From Botryllus schlosseri (Eukaryota), in NCBI GenBank assembly GCA_051294905.1, contig CM119372.1:40302001-40366000 (forward strand): 64,000 nucleotides of DNA. Reading direction: 5' to 3'. Numbering within the stretch: the stretch's first letter is position 1; every line of letters starts with the position of its first letter. The notes beneath the pieces were generated by a model. That model saw only the letters and a program-made list of their open reading frames with translations. It ran no database searches and had not been told where the DNA came from. Shown here one piece after another: positions 13,169 through 26,820 of this stretch. The position numbers and the translations under genes were made by a program.

Positions 13169-14316
13169 CTGAAAATGGAAATGAAGCCGTTGGGTGACGC
13201 CATAGCCACAGCACAGCGTACGTTTCCAGGAGAAAATGTTGGCTACTAAACGGTGCACCCACCAGCATGATATGCATACGGGGTCCAAACTCTCAACGCA
13301 GATAATCTGGGACCAACTTGATGGTGAGTAGTGAGTATTGAGTACTAGTCCGCATCAGATTTATACAAACCATTGGATCTTTAAAATGTTTAACTAGAAC
13401 CGCAAATACTCCCTTCTAAAAATGGTAGCTAGATAGCAATGGGTCTAAGAACATCACAAAACACTGAACACCGGTATCACGATTCACAGCAGACAACGAC
13501 ACGTGTTTTCTAGTTGTCTGGCAACTACATTTTTCAATACAGAACTAGACCTAGTTCATGAACTACTCACATTTCGAAAACCGCAATTAGACTGACAGAT
13601 AGACAGACAGAAAGACAGACAGACAGGAACTAGAACTAGAGCCAGAACGACTCAAAAAGCAGCAGTTAGGTGACCACCAACTAACCAGATTGGTAGTTTG
13701 TTCAAATCCGGTCCTCACACACCCTTTATAAAAGCAATAATACAGTCATTCATTCATTTACGTAGGCAATTACAAACGTCTATTTCGCAAACAATATTGT
13801 TTATCTGTTTGTCGCAAAATCGCTCTTCCTCGCATGATGATTCATAATTTCAAACCCATTGGCATCCAAAAAGAAGGTTCATATGAGGTCACTGAAATAG
13901 AAGCTAATTTGAGATTCGGGGGTCCATCCGTATAATGAGTCCACTGACTCCTTTGTGAAAGCAATAATCATAATTTTATAGTCATTCATTCATTTACCTA
14001 AGCAAATACAAATGAGAATGTCGCAAACAATATTGCTTATCTGTTTATTCGCAAAACCACCCACCCATGCACGTTTAATGAACGCTCATTTCAAACATAG
14101 GCCTATTTGCGTTCAAATCTATCAGGTCACCTAAACTGAAGCTATAAACCAAAATTCGCGGCAACACGATGCACTTATCATGATGTTGTCATTGTAGGCT
14201 ATGGAGAGACCTTGTCTATGCACATTACACATTTCGTGCAACAAAGTTACAGCATCAGTCAATGTTGTGAAGCACGAATGAATTGAAGGTCGTTCTGTGC
14301 TGTTATTCATTTGTAG

Positions 14317-15444
14317 CAGAGGTCTCAAACTCAAATGTGCTCCCGGGCCAATTTCCTGGTAGTTGATGGCGCCACGGGCCGCAGCACAAATAATAGGGGT
14401 ATTGAATGTATTTCCAAGTAGGCATTATTGGGCGGAACCTTGCAGATTGGCATTCCACACACATCGTGAAAATGTGATTTACTATTGCGAATTCACGCCT
14501 GGCAGGAAAAAAATATTTTTAAATATTTGAATAAAATTGTTGTTGTATACTTGGTATAGTTTGTGAAAATGAATAGTTAGGCACCATGCGATCATACAAA
14601 TGACATCGTAAAAGCTTATTATTTTGCGTTATAATTTTGCAGCTAGCGGAAATTTGACGTGTCACAATTATAGGTAGAATATTTTAGAATTTAACAAAGA
14701 TTGATCTGATATCAGACCATTCCAGCAGCACAGCCTAATTCAGGTTTTCGAGTATACTCCTGATAACTAGGCTATTGATCATGTCATTATCAAAGTCAAA
14801 TTAAATCAGCGTTAGATTTTCCTCCGAACATTGGAACAGACCAATAACAACTTATATATATTGAATAATGTGCCATAGTAATAGACATGTGGAGTTACCA
14901 CTACCTGACTCGCCACTTTTAATTGGTGATATTAATATGTATAAAGAGAGAAGACAAGACCCTAGATGACGCAGGATGAAGCCTAACTAACAATACATCA
15001 AGGGGAAAACAGAATGCCAATCGATTCCATTCCCATAGCGAACTGATTAGCTAAATGCGCTATACGCAACGCAAGCTACGACCTTTTTATATATTATTTT
15101 TATTGCCCACAACAGTTTGATATTGTGTTGCGTCCTTGTTGTATCAAGTAAAATCGGTCGGAGTCACAAGTAACGTTTGATCTGACTCAACTCGAATCAT
15201 TTTTATTTTATTACCCATTCAGTCCGAATTCGAGTAATTCCACGAAAGGTTGGCCCCAAGTACAAATCACAATGTTCAGTTATAAATCAGCAACGGGTCA
15301 TGTTTTTGGAGTAGTTTGGGGGCGAATTGTAAGTTCTTATATCCGAAAAAATAATGTGGCATATAAATATGAATACTTCAAAATCCAAAATGCCGACGCG
15401 GGCCGCACAAAATGATCTCGCGGGCCGCGTGTTTGAGACCTCTG
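14317..15444. mobile_element. hAT Charlie/Buster-type MITE (GCGGGCCGC subterminal motifs)
   Basis: Perfect 14-bp TIR CAGAGGTCTCAAAC, TSD ATTTGTAG/ATCTATAG. Confidence 0.85.
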
Positions 15445-16003
15445 ATCTATAGGAATGCGAATATTCGAAAGCGAGCTACATACTTGACTCTTGCAATGAC
15501 ATGATCAGTAGCAGAGCACACATACAATTACGTTGAGTCCCTACAAAATGTTGACCATCGGATTTTACAGATGTGAAGTTTTCCGGGCTTCGCTCGATTT
15601 AGGCTATTACAGCTGTCTATGTATTTGCATAGACACTTCGAGATACAGAACCACGGAATTATAGTCACATAAAACCAAATATTTCCGTTTAACACTCGTC
15701 AGCTGAAAAGGATGATTATTTTCCCAGGAATATGATCCGCTATTACATTTGAATTTGAGACCCTGCATTAAATGGATGAGACAGCGACAAGATTTCAATT
15801 TTCTGAGATTTTTCAAAAAATTTCAAAGAAAACTCACCAACTTCCCGTTCACTGAGATTCACCATCTTCTTTTATTATTATTTTTTTCCTATCATCCAAA
15901 CAAAGCCTATCCCGGAAAATTCATAGCTTATAACGAGTTCTGTGACGTAGTAGAAGCATGAATGTTCGTGATAAATAAAGGAACAACGAGTTTATCTCGT
16001 ACA

Positions 16004-17133
16004 TAGGGCTTGACAAAATCGAGTACCTGAGTGATTCGATTCTGAGTATCGAGTATTACGCTGCGAGTGAAGTATCGTTGATCATGACGTCGGAACCGTA
16101 TGAGATATGTGGAAAGTTTAAATAGGTATATTTTATGCGATCACAAATACTCTTAATGGAAATTCTACATCACAAAAAAGATGATTTGGTATTTTTCGAC
16201 GATGCCATTGAACGATGTATCAATGTCGTCGGTTGATCACGGCTTCACAGAAATGTCATTTCCAATAACGCGCGTACTGCGTAGCTTTGTACTACATGTT
16301 TCGTGTGGTAGGATACGATCAATCGAGATTGAAAAAGAATCGAAATGACCATTTTCGATGATCAATTTGCTCTTACTGGCAAGGAGAGTATCATTTCATT
16401 CCGGTAAAGATTCATATTTGCGTATCCGAATCATTGTGCCCCACCGACTCTGAATCTCTGATACATAACAAATAAAGCTGAATGGCATCTGGAATATTGA
16501 TGCCTTCTGTTCGTGCATCGTACTTACTGCCATGCTAACTCATATCGATCCAAACCGTACCGTTAAAAAGTTGAAGTAGCGTAGACCGCATCGAATGGAT
16601 TTGAAACGAAATGCGGTCGGCCAAAGAAATGATTTTCAGTTGTAGAACATTGTGAATTCTGCACGAAATCTTGAAATCAGATCGTAGTTATAGCGAAGTA
16701 AGCTGTTGTATAAAGGCGGGGATCATAAAGTTAGCTTAGCCGGATGTATGCTAATCGTATGTGGATCGAAATCTACTTTGTTGGATCAAAAGTTTCATTC
16801 ATTTACATAGCACTTTGTGACAATGTTTTAATTCGATCACACATTCACAGATGTCTCAATTGTACTAACGCTAGTATATAGCCTTATGCTACACGTTTCC
16901 TATGCTGCGATACGACCAATCGAAGCTTCAAGGCTTCCACAGTGGAAAATAGTATCGAAACCCTAACCCAAACCATAACCCAAACCCCATAAATCTAGTT
17001 GAAAAATTAACTCTTGGTGGCCATGAGCGTGTCATTTTATTACTTGAAAAGATCATCTCTCACTGCTCGACTCGAAGCATTAGAATGAATTGTCGATTCA
17101 GATTTGAGTACTCGAACCCTTGTGCCTAGCTCT
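16004..17133. repeat. Representative copy of an abundant older TAGGGCT-ended repeat family (ACTCGA/TCGAGT-rich)
   Basis: Shared internal blocks (GATCACGGCTTCACAGAAATGTCATTTCC, AGGCTTCCACAGTGGAAAATAG) recur at ~4900-5410, 27130-27670, 28202-30110, 58900-59862, 60411-60870 and 63190-63640. Boundaries are approximate. Confidence 0.65.
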
Positions 17134-18394
17134 ACCAAGCACTCGATACGAAGCAACGAACAAATACCAAACAACCTCAGTGCAGAGCCAAGCATCGCCA
17201 TTTTCGCAAAACGCTCTTACTAGATTTGTCGGAAAACTGGTCGATAATTTTCATCCTAACATCGTGTTCGCTTTAATTTAAATGTCTACACTCATCTTTC
17301 TAAACTGGCACAACGGCTCTCATCCTGAGAACAAACGCCGAATCTTGCAGCAAATAATCGCGAATTCCGCTTCGAATGTTGTTTTCCGCTTGCGGCTACG
17401 AAAGAATTCACGGAACGGCTGTTCGCGCGGAAAAGTTTCCATTATGGTGTTCTGTTACAGAAATCGCAGCGTTATCGCGATATGAAAATCTCAGAAGCAT
17501 GAGTGAGCAAACACGGGATTAGTCCGTGTCAACAATAGCGATGCAGAGACGCAAAAGTAGCGGCATTAAATACGCAGTCTCTGATCTACACGAAACAGAT
17601 TCAATCTACAACCGTACAATCTGCAGCTTTCGTTAGTTTACACTCGGCTAGTTCGCCGGGATAAAGCATGGTATAGCCGCTAAATCACTAGTATTTTTGC
17701 GGGGCTGTCCAATTCTTCTGATGTCGATTTTTATGCCACACGCCTGTCTTTTCCAAAGTATGTAATGGAATTTCTATGTTACCAATCAAAGAGACATCAA
17801 CAATTTTAACATCGAACCAACGCACTTCGGTAAGAACGTACGAAACAGCGTAAGATTTACAATTAATGATACGTCGTCGTAAAGGACCAACGATTGATTT
17901 GTTTGTGGACGCTTTAGATAAAGATATACATTACCTATCTAATACAAAGTTCGGTGTTCAGCTTTTCCATCTAAGATTGGAATTAGAATTATATCTACCC
18001 AGTTCTATTCAAATTAGATAAAAACTAGGAATATAGCTACACAGTTGAAACATACAACTAAATTAGAATTACTGATTTCGCGAAAACATGGAAATTGAAT
18101 TCCATTCCTAATTAGCATAAATACAACAAATATCAAGTTCACTTTATGTCAAACCACAGTTGATTTTCATTAGCTCGTGAATGGTAAATCTATGCACAGT
18201 TCGTACACCAGGCTTGGCTCGTCGTTTCACACTACTCAGCTCTATAGCAACTCGGGAAATTGATTAGAATTTCGCTCTGATTAATCTCTCTAGACAACTA
18301 GGAATATATAGTTGTCCAAGTCTGGTATGAAAAGCCCTAATTGCAAATGATTCTTTCATTACGGACGCAACTCAAAGTAAAGACCTGCAATATA

Positions 18395-18565
18395 CAATTG
18401 AATAGTATATAGTATATTCATATTGAAATGAACCCGAATATTTGCGGCTGTGATACGATTGTTCATATACTATGTTCTTTCCAATTCTCTACTGGTTGGT
18501 GACGACTGACGAGTGTCAGGCGAAAATATTCGGGTTCATTTCAATATGATTATACTATTCAATTG
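18395..18565. repeat. Short foldback element (~45-bp inverted arms)
   Basis: CAATTGAATAGTATA..TCATATTGAAATGAACCCGAATATT versus AATATTCGGGTTCATTTCAATATGATTATACTATTCAATTG. A related copy lies at ~39385-39510. Confidence 0.75.
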
Positions 18566-18708
18566 CAAATAAAGGTGATGAAATCACATGGGCAATCGCC
18601 AACAAACAAATAACCTAAGAATGAAGGAAATGGGACAAATTCGAAATATTGACCGACCAAGCTCATTCGATTTTGCCATCCTACGATTGCCGACTGCAGA
18701 CTAACTAC

Positions 18709-19695
18709 AAGGGATGGTGTGAACCCGAGGTTCACGTTCGCGTTCTGTGTGTGAACCTCGGGAATTTGGAGGTTCGCGTTCACAACAGAACCTTGGTAGG
18801 TTCTGCACTGTGAACCTTTCTCATACATAACAATTTTCACTTCATAATGACATCTTTGGTTCGAATTTATTGCATTTCAACTGCGGGCAACTCTATGAAT
18901 GACGCCGGCAGCATAAAAAAAACTCAAAACGAGCATGCACTTTGACAATCTCAAAGATTTTACTTGCTTTGTTACAAAAATTCTGCTCTACATATCCAAC
19001 TTTCCGTTTGTGAATATATAGTGACTCTCTGCTGTGAGCTGACCCGCAATCACATAACATCACGAGCGACATATATAACATGTAGAGAGCGATTCAACCA
19101 ATCAATGAGATTGATATCGTTTTTTGATGTAACAAATCTAGCTAGCGTACGGGGTCTATCTTCACTTCATATGTTTACTGTGTCAATAAAACCAAATCCG
19201 TGCGATTGAGGTGTTGGTCACAGCAGTATAACTTTTGGGGTAGCCTAATATCGGTAGCAAGTATAAAAACCTGTACTACACTCTGCCCAATACCAATGTA
19301 GCAATACTCATACACCGAATACATTGCCCGGTCTGGTCAAGATCGTTAAGGCGTAAGCTTATATTCCCTGGCAACACCTCTTCGAAATTATTGGCAAAAC
19401 GACGGATGATATTGATTTTATGGGAGTAATATATCATATGATTGCCCCAGTTGATACATTTAGTGACGTTTAAATCGCCAAAATGTACTTCAGCATTATG
19501 GCATTATGTGGCCCTAGTCGTTGCTAGGTATCGTGTACATTAATATAGGCTATCACTTCATTGAAAGATAGGGTTGGAATTAGCAATATGACGTCACGTG
19601 ACGTCACGAGGTTCACGTTCGTGTTCACACAGAACCTTTCAAAAAGGTTCGTGTTCACACGAACCTGAACCTTTCAGAGGTTCACACCATCCCTA
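18709..19695. mobile_element. hAT MITE with GTGAACC/GGTTCAC arrays
   Basis: TIR AGGGATGGTGTGAACC, perfect TSD CTAACTAC. A solo inverted end of the same family lies at 30391-30545. Confidence 0.9.
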
Positions 19696-22600
19696 CTAAC
19701 TACCTCTGAATAACTCGAAGTAAGAATTAATTTAATCCCGAAAAGCTTTTCCACTGATCCCCTCGTCATTAGCTAACGTCTGTAGCACGGCCATGAGAAT
19801 CAAATGAAAAGATCCTGGACAGAGTAAATGGGTACTGCGCTATAAAAAGGATATAATCCCAAATGAATATACGAAACCACCGTGGCTCCTAAGACAAATT
19901 CCTTCCTAATGTCAGCTGACTACTATCTCAAACTACCTGCCAGCCTTGACAAACTAGAGAATTTTAGTTGCCCAATTAGACTAAAAAGCGAAATTCCAGT
20001 AATCTAATACGAATCTAATTAGTTAAATGAATATTTCCTCTAATTATGATTGTGATCGAATGCGTGAAATGTTTATATGCTCTCATTTTAATTCTAATAT
20101 AATTTCTGTTTTTTTTTATACTACAGGATAATATATAGTGCGAAGCGAGCGAAGTTCGGTGTGCAGACATTTGTCATTCTCATGCTCACGAGAATGAACT
20201 CTGATTTGATATGAACTGAACTTGAACAATGTCCAAGTGTTTGAGAACAGTAATTCTAATCCTAATCTATTTTGAAAAACAACTGTATTGCTATCATTCC
20301 AATTTTAATCAATTTTCGAAAAGACTGTGTAGCTGTCATTCTAATTCCAATCTAATTTATAAAAGCTGAAAATATTCTAGTTGTCCAAGTCCATCCTCTG
20401 CTTGATCGCATCGAGAAAGTGACGCGTGACAAACATTTGGCGAATGGTTATGAAGTCACAGAAATAAGCTAGATCGCAAAGTAACAATCGTGAAAATCGT
20501 CTATCTGCAGTTTGAATACAGCGGAGTTTTGAAGAAGATGGCTTCTGTCACAATTATTTACAGCGCACCTTAACAACGTTTTGTTTCGAGCCTGGCTGAA
20601 TTTCTCTACCTCGCGTCGTTTGAATACTTGCCTCCACAGCGGTATGACTCGCTAATTGTTTAGATTCATACGCTCTGGAAATAATTTCCTTCAAACCGAA
20701 TTATTGCAACGTGGCTGTGCCGATCATCGCTGTTCGTAAAACAACACAGCAGCGATATTGAATCGTGACGCAAATGAACCATATAGTATTACTGGGTTTA
20801 CGTCACCAGTATCGATCTCCCGGTGTTTATTAAGCGACCGCTCTCGGGAAGGGTGTCTTTATTAAATCCAGCCTGATGGTTCCATAATAATACCACGACT
20901 GACGATATACGTACCGTACGTAGTTCTGTCGTGACCCGTCTAGGAAAACCTACCTACAGATACGAGGCTTTCTAAACGATAAAATCAGAAAAACACATGC
21001 TACTGTAGTAACGCTAAATGAAGGACAGACGGAAGCAATAATTACGAGTGTACAAGCGTAATGGATTTCCGCTGATACTTAATTCGAAGAAAATCAAAAC
21101 CACCTCATTTTATTTCAAACACCCGCCCCTCCTTATATTTCGGCTGGCTACGCGCCTGATCACTTGAATTTCTCACGGAGGAATTAGATCGAGATATTAT
21201 GTCGGCATCAATTTCAGTATCAGCTACTCGTCCATCCAGTACTGCAAACCAGTACTCCGGTCCCGGCTACAGGATGCCACAAATGACGCATAGGGCTTTA
21301 TAAGGAGGGTGTTGCAGAAGCAGTGAACACAAAATTTGCGTGATTTTTCTCGTGTTCGCTCGTACTGCGCGTGTACGTATAGGTCTACAATAACACCGTG
21401 TAATGATTTTGCGATTCGTTTGTCATGCAGACCTCGTGAAATCGATTGTCTCACTCAGCAGTTATTATCCGGTTAACCGGTTAGATAAATTCCAAATATA
21501 CGGATATATCAGTTATCCGGATAGTGAAATTATTGATATCTAAACTAACCCTAGCGTACATATAGCAAACGTAGGCACCTAACGGATACATGTAACATCA
21601 CATTCATTGCTGGACGATCATCACTAAAGATCTCAACCATAAGTTAAAAGGACGCTTCTTCAATATTAGATGTCAGCAACCGATGAATTGCAATACGTAG
21701 CTGACGCGGAATTGCGAACAGCTTTACCTAAAGAACATGTCCACTCACTTATTGATGTTCACCTACTGATATTTCAAACAGCGAAGACAAATTGAGGATT
21801 ACAAACGAATCTGCGATCGATGAAACATTTTTCGATCGATACCCACGAGCAGGATATGATCGTTGACGTATTCTGTCTAACTCTAAAGCAACTTACAAAT
21901 CTATGATCGATGCAACAATGATCGTGCGTGTCAATGCCAAAAGTGACATGTATATCACTACTTGACCGGTCTTTGTATTGGTAAGGTCACCAGTGAGTTA
22001 ACAGCACTTGGCCTCCCCTAATCGTAATCCGAACATGCGACTATGCTAATGCTTACTTCTAACCCTACCCGAACCCATACCGGTAACTCTAAGTCATAAC
22101 CCGAATACATTAATAAACATAATAACAAGTGCCGAATATCATAATTCACGTTCACATTCAGTGAAAAATGTACGTCCGAAAAACAATATTTATGCATTGC
22201 TTTCATGTTTCATCTAAAGGTAAATTCACCAAGTGCCGACTTGAACATGCTGAATTCACTTGCAACTATTGGTAAAACCCTCCAAGCTCGTAAACAGCGC
22301 TACTCATGGATAACAAACTCTTCTCCGCACTAAAAAGGTTCAGCGTGTCAGCGACACGCATAAAACAAAGACGCCCGTACTTCAAAATCTCGCAGTAAAC
22401 CGTTATTTACACCGATACCAGGCACCACATTCCTATCATACGACAAACAAGCGTCCGTCGTTAGCTTACGTGCCCGACGAAGTTGACACAAAGATGCCAC
22501 AGTCTTGTGACTCTGCGAAACGCAAACTTTTCAACTGATCCGACATGCATTACTGGCACTGATCGTCAACGCAAATGCAATCTACCTGTCTGGAAGACTT

Positions 22601-23426
22601 TCCGCTAAACGACTGAAATGGCGACATATCTCTGGAGGAGTCCACCTTTTCGCCAACGGAATATTTGCGAGCCGGTTAAACATTGACGTAATGAGCTACA
22701 AGAGTTTCCATGAAAGACTTCAGGGTTCGAAATGAAAATAATCATTTCATCATCACCGTCGGCATTACAGGGTGATTGCTAGTTGGTAGCCTCTCATTTT
22801 CGAAGAATGACGTCACAGTCTCTGTACAAGAAATGTCGCCAGTATTATAGCGAGTGTCACCTTTGACCAGAGGCTGTACCTGAGTAGAAGTAGAAGTAAC
22901 GTCGAAAATTTCTACTACAAGTCCAAGTAGAATTATATTTTAAGTACAAAAGTGACTATTCTAGGCATAATCGTGCCCCTCAAAAAACTGTAAACTGCTT
23001 AGCAACAGAGGAAGTCGTTTGAATACATATCCACCTGAGTCGGTAGTACAAGTAGGCAAATGCTAGCTGAAGTTGAAGATTCCGAAAAAGTACAAGTTCG
23101 TCATTTCTGACCGTATCTCTGCTCTGACTTGTATAAACTACTAGATTTTCAGAAGGCACAACTAGAACCAGAACCAATCACTTTTCAAATCTTGTAAGTG
23201 GGGAACAAACAACCTTGTAAAATCCGCAACCGACGAACTAAAACACAGCTAACTAGATTCAATCCCGCAACAAATCGTTTTTATTTAATCGGACCGGCCT
23301 TCCACGTGGACATCAGTCGAGTCTTAAAATGGAAGGGATCTCGACCCCACAAGCCCACCCCATCATTTCATTACGCGATCATCTTCTCAATGACCGCATA
23401 TGAAAGCAGGATATCACGTCGCTGAG

Positions 23427-24976
23427 CAGTGACGTGCGGTCCAATGAGGCAGGTGAGGCAGTGCCTCACCTGTTGTTAGGGTGGGTAAGTGAAAATTGTG
23501 AAAACCCTCCATGAGTCGAAGATTATTGATATTTTACATCGATACTCATAAATAACTAAATTTGAACATTTTTTTACCCAACATCATCAATTTTCAATAA
23601 TTCCTATTCAAAATACAACGCGAAAGGAGAGGTGAGGCACAGGTGGGGCACGGGCGGGTCGTGACTCACCTGAGACAATGCAATTCATCATAAATAGCTC
23701 GGAATTCATAATAACTGGTATCAATCAAATGTTATCGTCACACTGATTCCGAAAATCCAAATATTAACAGTGTCAGAGCACCATAACCCCCCAAAAATCG
23801 CCAAGGAAGGTGACATTCAGCTTTATTACAGACAATGCGATCGCAGAGAAACAATGGCCAGGTGAGGCACAAACGAATCTGCTTCATGCACTATTCGCTA
23901 ACAATTGGACAATCGCAGCACAGTGAAACGCGCTGCCGATTTCGGAATACAACAGTCTTGTAGGAATTGTATAGTAGCGACGTCCAATACATAATGCGCA
24001 GCAACTACGTTCCCTTACTTGACCGACAAGATAGCGTAATGGTTAAGCGTCCGGCTTCTTGATCGGTAGGTCGTGGGTTCGATTCCCGGCCGGGTCAGAC
24101 CAAAGACCTGATTAGTAACACTGGTATCCATGGCTTCTCTGCTTGGCGCTCATGCATTACTGGGATGGCATGGAGGGGTGGTGCATGACTTAGAAAGCCG
24201 TAAAGGCTATATCTGCACTTCCTTGTCCAGCGGCATATGCACATCATGCACTCATGGTATGCATATGCGCAAATCGTACGTATGTGTATCATGAGTCGGT
24301 GTATATGCCGCAAAAACATCAAGGACAAAAATAAACTACGTCCTCCTACTTATGTGGCTGTAATGTATTTTCCATCCATAGCTATGTTGAATTGTGGTAT
24401 GTGATAGCTACTTTCATAGACTGCATTGTCGTTGTTTGTGGCCTTAATGCTGTATTCAACTGCAATATCTATAACCCTTAGCTGTGGAATGTGATAGCTA
24501 TACTTACATAGCCTGCGTTGTCGATATTTGTGGTCAGTGTTGCCACTACTCCCAGTAGTATTTTTACACTAGATCTAGTGTATTTTGACTTCACCTAGTT
24601 GTGTCCTAGTGCATTTTCATTCGAAATTCGGCAAACCTGATGTTTTTTTACTGAAAAGTATCTGTAAAATGAGGATGCTATTTTCATGCTCTTCGAATAA
24701 TTTATGCCAGTACTTGAAGAGATTGTAATTATTATCCGACAAAACTTACCCATTCAGCGCAATAGCGACCAGCCCTACATGTGTTTTAGAATGTCCAATT
24801 GCAAAGTCTATCAGTGTGCAAAGAAAATGTCGCTGCTGTTATTCATATTTTGGGTCTCTTTATCAAGTACTTTACGTGCGTGAGTGTTTGTTTGTTTGTG
24901 TGTGTGTGTGTGTCTTTTTTTTTGGGGGGGGGGGGGTCCGTGCCTCACCAGCCATGAACCTCACCGCACGTAACTG
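23427..24976. mobile_element. hAT (Tip100-like) MITE with TGAGGCA/TGCCTCA motifs, hosting the SINE
   Basis: TIR CAGTGACGTGCGGT (13/14), perfect TSD TCGCTGAG. Confidence 0.9.
24021..24333 (+). mobile_element. tRNA-derived SINE, probably Meta-domain type
   Basis: A box TAGCGTAATGG and B box GGTTCGATTCC, followed by GGGTCAGACCAAAGAC...TGGTATCCATGGCTTCTCTGCTTGGCGCTCA, which resembles the recalled MetaSINE core. Short A-rich tail and an 18-bp TSD (24003-24020 / 24334-24351, 15/18). Confidence 0.85.
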
Positions 24977-25808
24977 TCGCTGAGTATGCGTTACCTGAGG
25001 TGGTCAGTAACGAAGTACGTGTACTTTTCCGGAGTAGCCTAGTGCCTACTTGCCATGCTTGCTCAAGTGATTATGCTTCCACACCACTTCCACTTAAACT
25101 TAAACAGTTGGGGCAAAAGTACTTTCTGTTTTACACTTTCGAACTGTAATGTAGAAAGTAGATTCGGGAAAAGTTTACACCCCTTTTACGAGTGAAATTT
25201 CCATGACAGCCGACAAAATCAGTGCATGTAACTAGCAACATGGTAATGGAAACTGTTTCCGAAATGTACACCAGTATTTATATTGTCATACATCATTACG
25301 TCATACGATTACGCATCTTAAAATAGGATTTAATGTTACAAGCATGACCAAAATCGCCTACGGAGACAATCCTCACTTGAGTACTTTGGGAGGTGTACCT
25401 TTGCAGATGCAGTGCGTGGTCGAATCGAATATCTGCCGTAGATTTTAGATGGCATGGTTATGGTCATCAGTCGCTTGTTGAACGTATTGTTCGAGAGAAA
25501 ATCGACACAAGATCGATCGGCTCGTCCTTCAGAGGTTGTGACGCATTTGCTTTCGCAAACATTGATCGTAATAGTTATTGATAGCTCGCCGTGCGCTTTA
25601 CTCGAGAGTGAATCAATAATTCAGGGCAGAAAATATAATTAGCGGCAAGACGGTTCAGGCTGTCTCTTGACTTTTGTCGTTTAAGAACATTCTTGCTGCT
25701 GCATATTAATACCGTCTCTGATAATATTACTCTAGATCTAAATACAACTGTATTTCTCTGTCACTCAAAATATAATCGTGAACTCATTGCAGACTCTACA
25801 GTCTACAT

Positions 25809-26453
25809 CAGTGGTTCTTATACTTTTTAGACCGCGACCCAAATCTGACTTTTAGTGGTATATCGCGACCCAAGCAACACGCACCAAAATGAATGCATTC
25901 ATTTTGGTGCCGACCAATTATATCAATAACGAAGGGTTTGGCCACCCAGCGACGGTGAATTATCGCCACCGAACTTTTTGGCACCGCACTTTGCCCAGCC
26001 GTATGTTGGCCCAACGTCATATATTCATGTATCCAAGCGTGGGCGGGTTTTGGCCTCATAAACCGGCAACCGCTCGTTATACAACTCTACACTAGAGCGT
26101 CCCAGGTCTTCGACGGTAGTGTTTCTCAGAGAAACCAATGTTGAAAAATCTTATCATGAATTCAAACCAATTTGTTTAATACAAAGGTCGGCACATTTTC
26201 ATGATCAAGTCATGTTGTGGTGGCGACTTCTCCGCGTGTCTCGCTTATTGGCCGCGGTACCAAACTCAGTGACCTCTGATATGCTCAAACCAACTACAGT
26301 AAATCGCGCGAAAAGCGAAGATATTTTTGTTGTTGCAATGACCTCAAATAATATTACATACATATTAAAATACCGCTCTGGCACCTTCGCGACCCAAAAT
26401 TATACCCTTCGCGACCTATGTTTGGGTCGCGACCCATACTTTAAGAACCACTG
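25809..26453. mobile_element. hAT Charlie/Buster-type MITE with CGCGACCC motifs
   Basis: TIR CAGTGGTTCTTA, perfect TSD GTCTACAT. Confidence 0.9.
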
Positions 26454-26750
26454 GTCTACATGGTCACCTTTGATGAATTGTTACGTCATATACCCGCCCT
26501 TTTAACAACACACGTAACTCAGCCTAACCTTGCATCGTCTGTATCAAGATGAGTATAATTACGATATTTTTCTCAACCAACCAAGTTTCTAAATATTGCA
26601 TGTAATTGTTGACTGGAAATTGTGATCAGACCAGTTAACACAAAGTCATACCGATCGCACCCTGTCGTACACCGATAAATATAGTTGTTATTATTTTCAT
26701 GCGTCCATTGGCCCATATGATTTTATTTCCGTTTCGACAAATAAAAATGA

Positions 26751-26820
26751 CTCTCTCTCTCTCTCTCTCCCTCTCACTCCCCCTCTTTCTTTCTCTCTCT
26801 CTGTCTCTCCCTTCTCTCTC
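26751..26820. repeat. (CT)n microsatellite, imperfect
   Basis: ctctctctct... run. Confidence 0.9.

Noticed and set aside
16959..16988. Interstitial telomere
   Set aside because: Only a few degenerate hexamers, embedded in a dispersed repeat copy.
22586..22683. Possible first exon MFNRLANIPLAKRWTPPEICRHFSRLAESLPD with AG|GTAGAT donor
   Set aside because: It ends in phase 2, incompatible with the 13168 acceptor, and I recognise no homology.
24021..24096. tRNA gene
   Set aside because: It has A and B boxes but runs directly into a SINE core and tail bounded by a TSD, and the acceptor stem is imperfect, so it is a SINE head.
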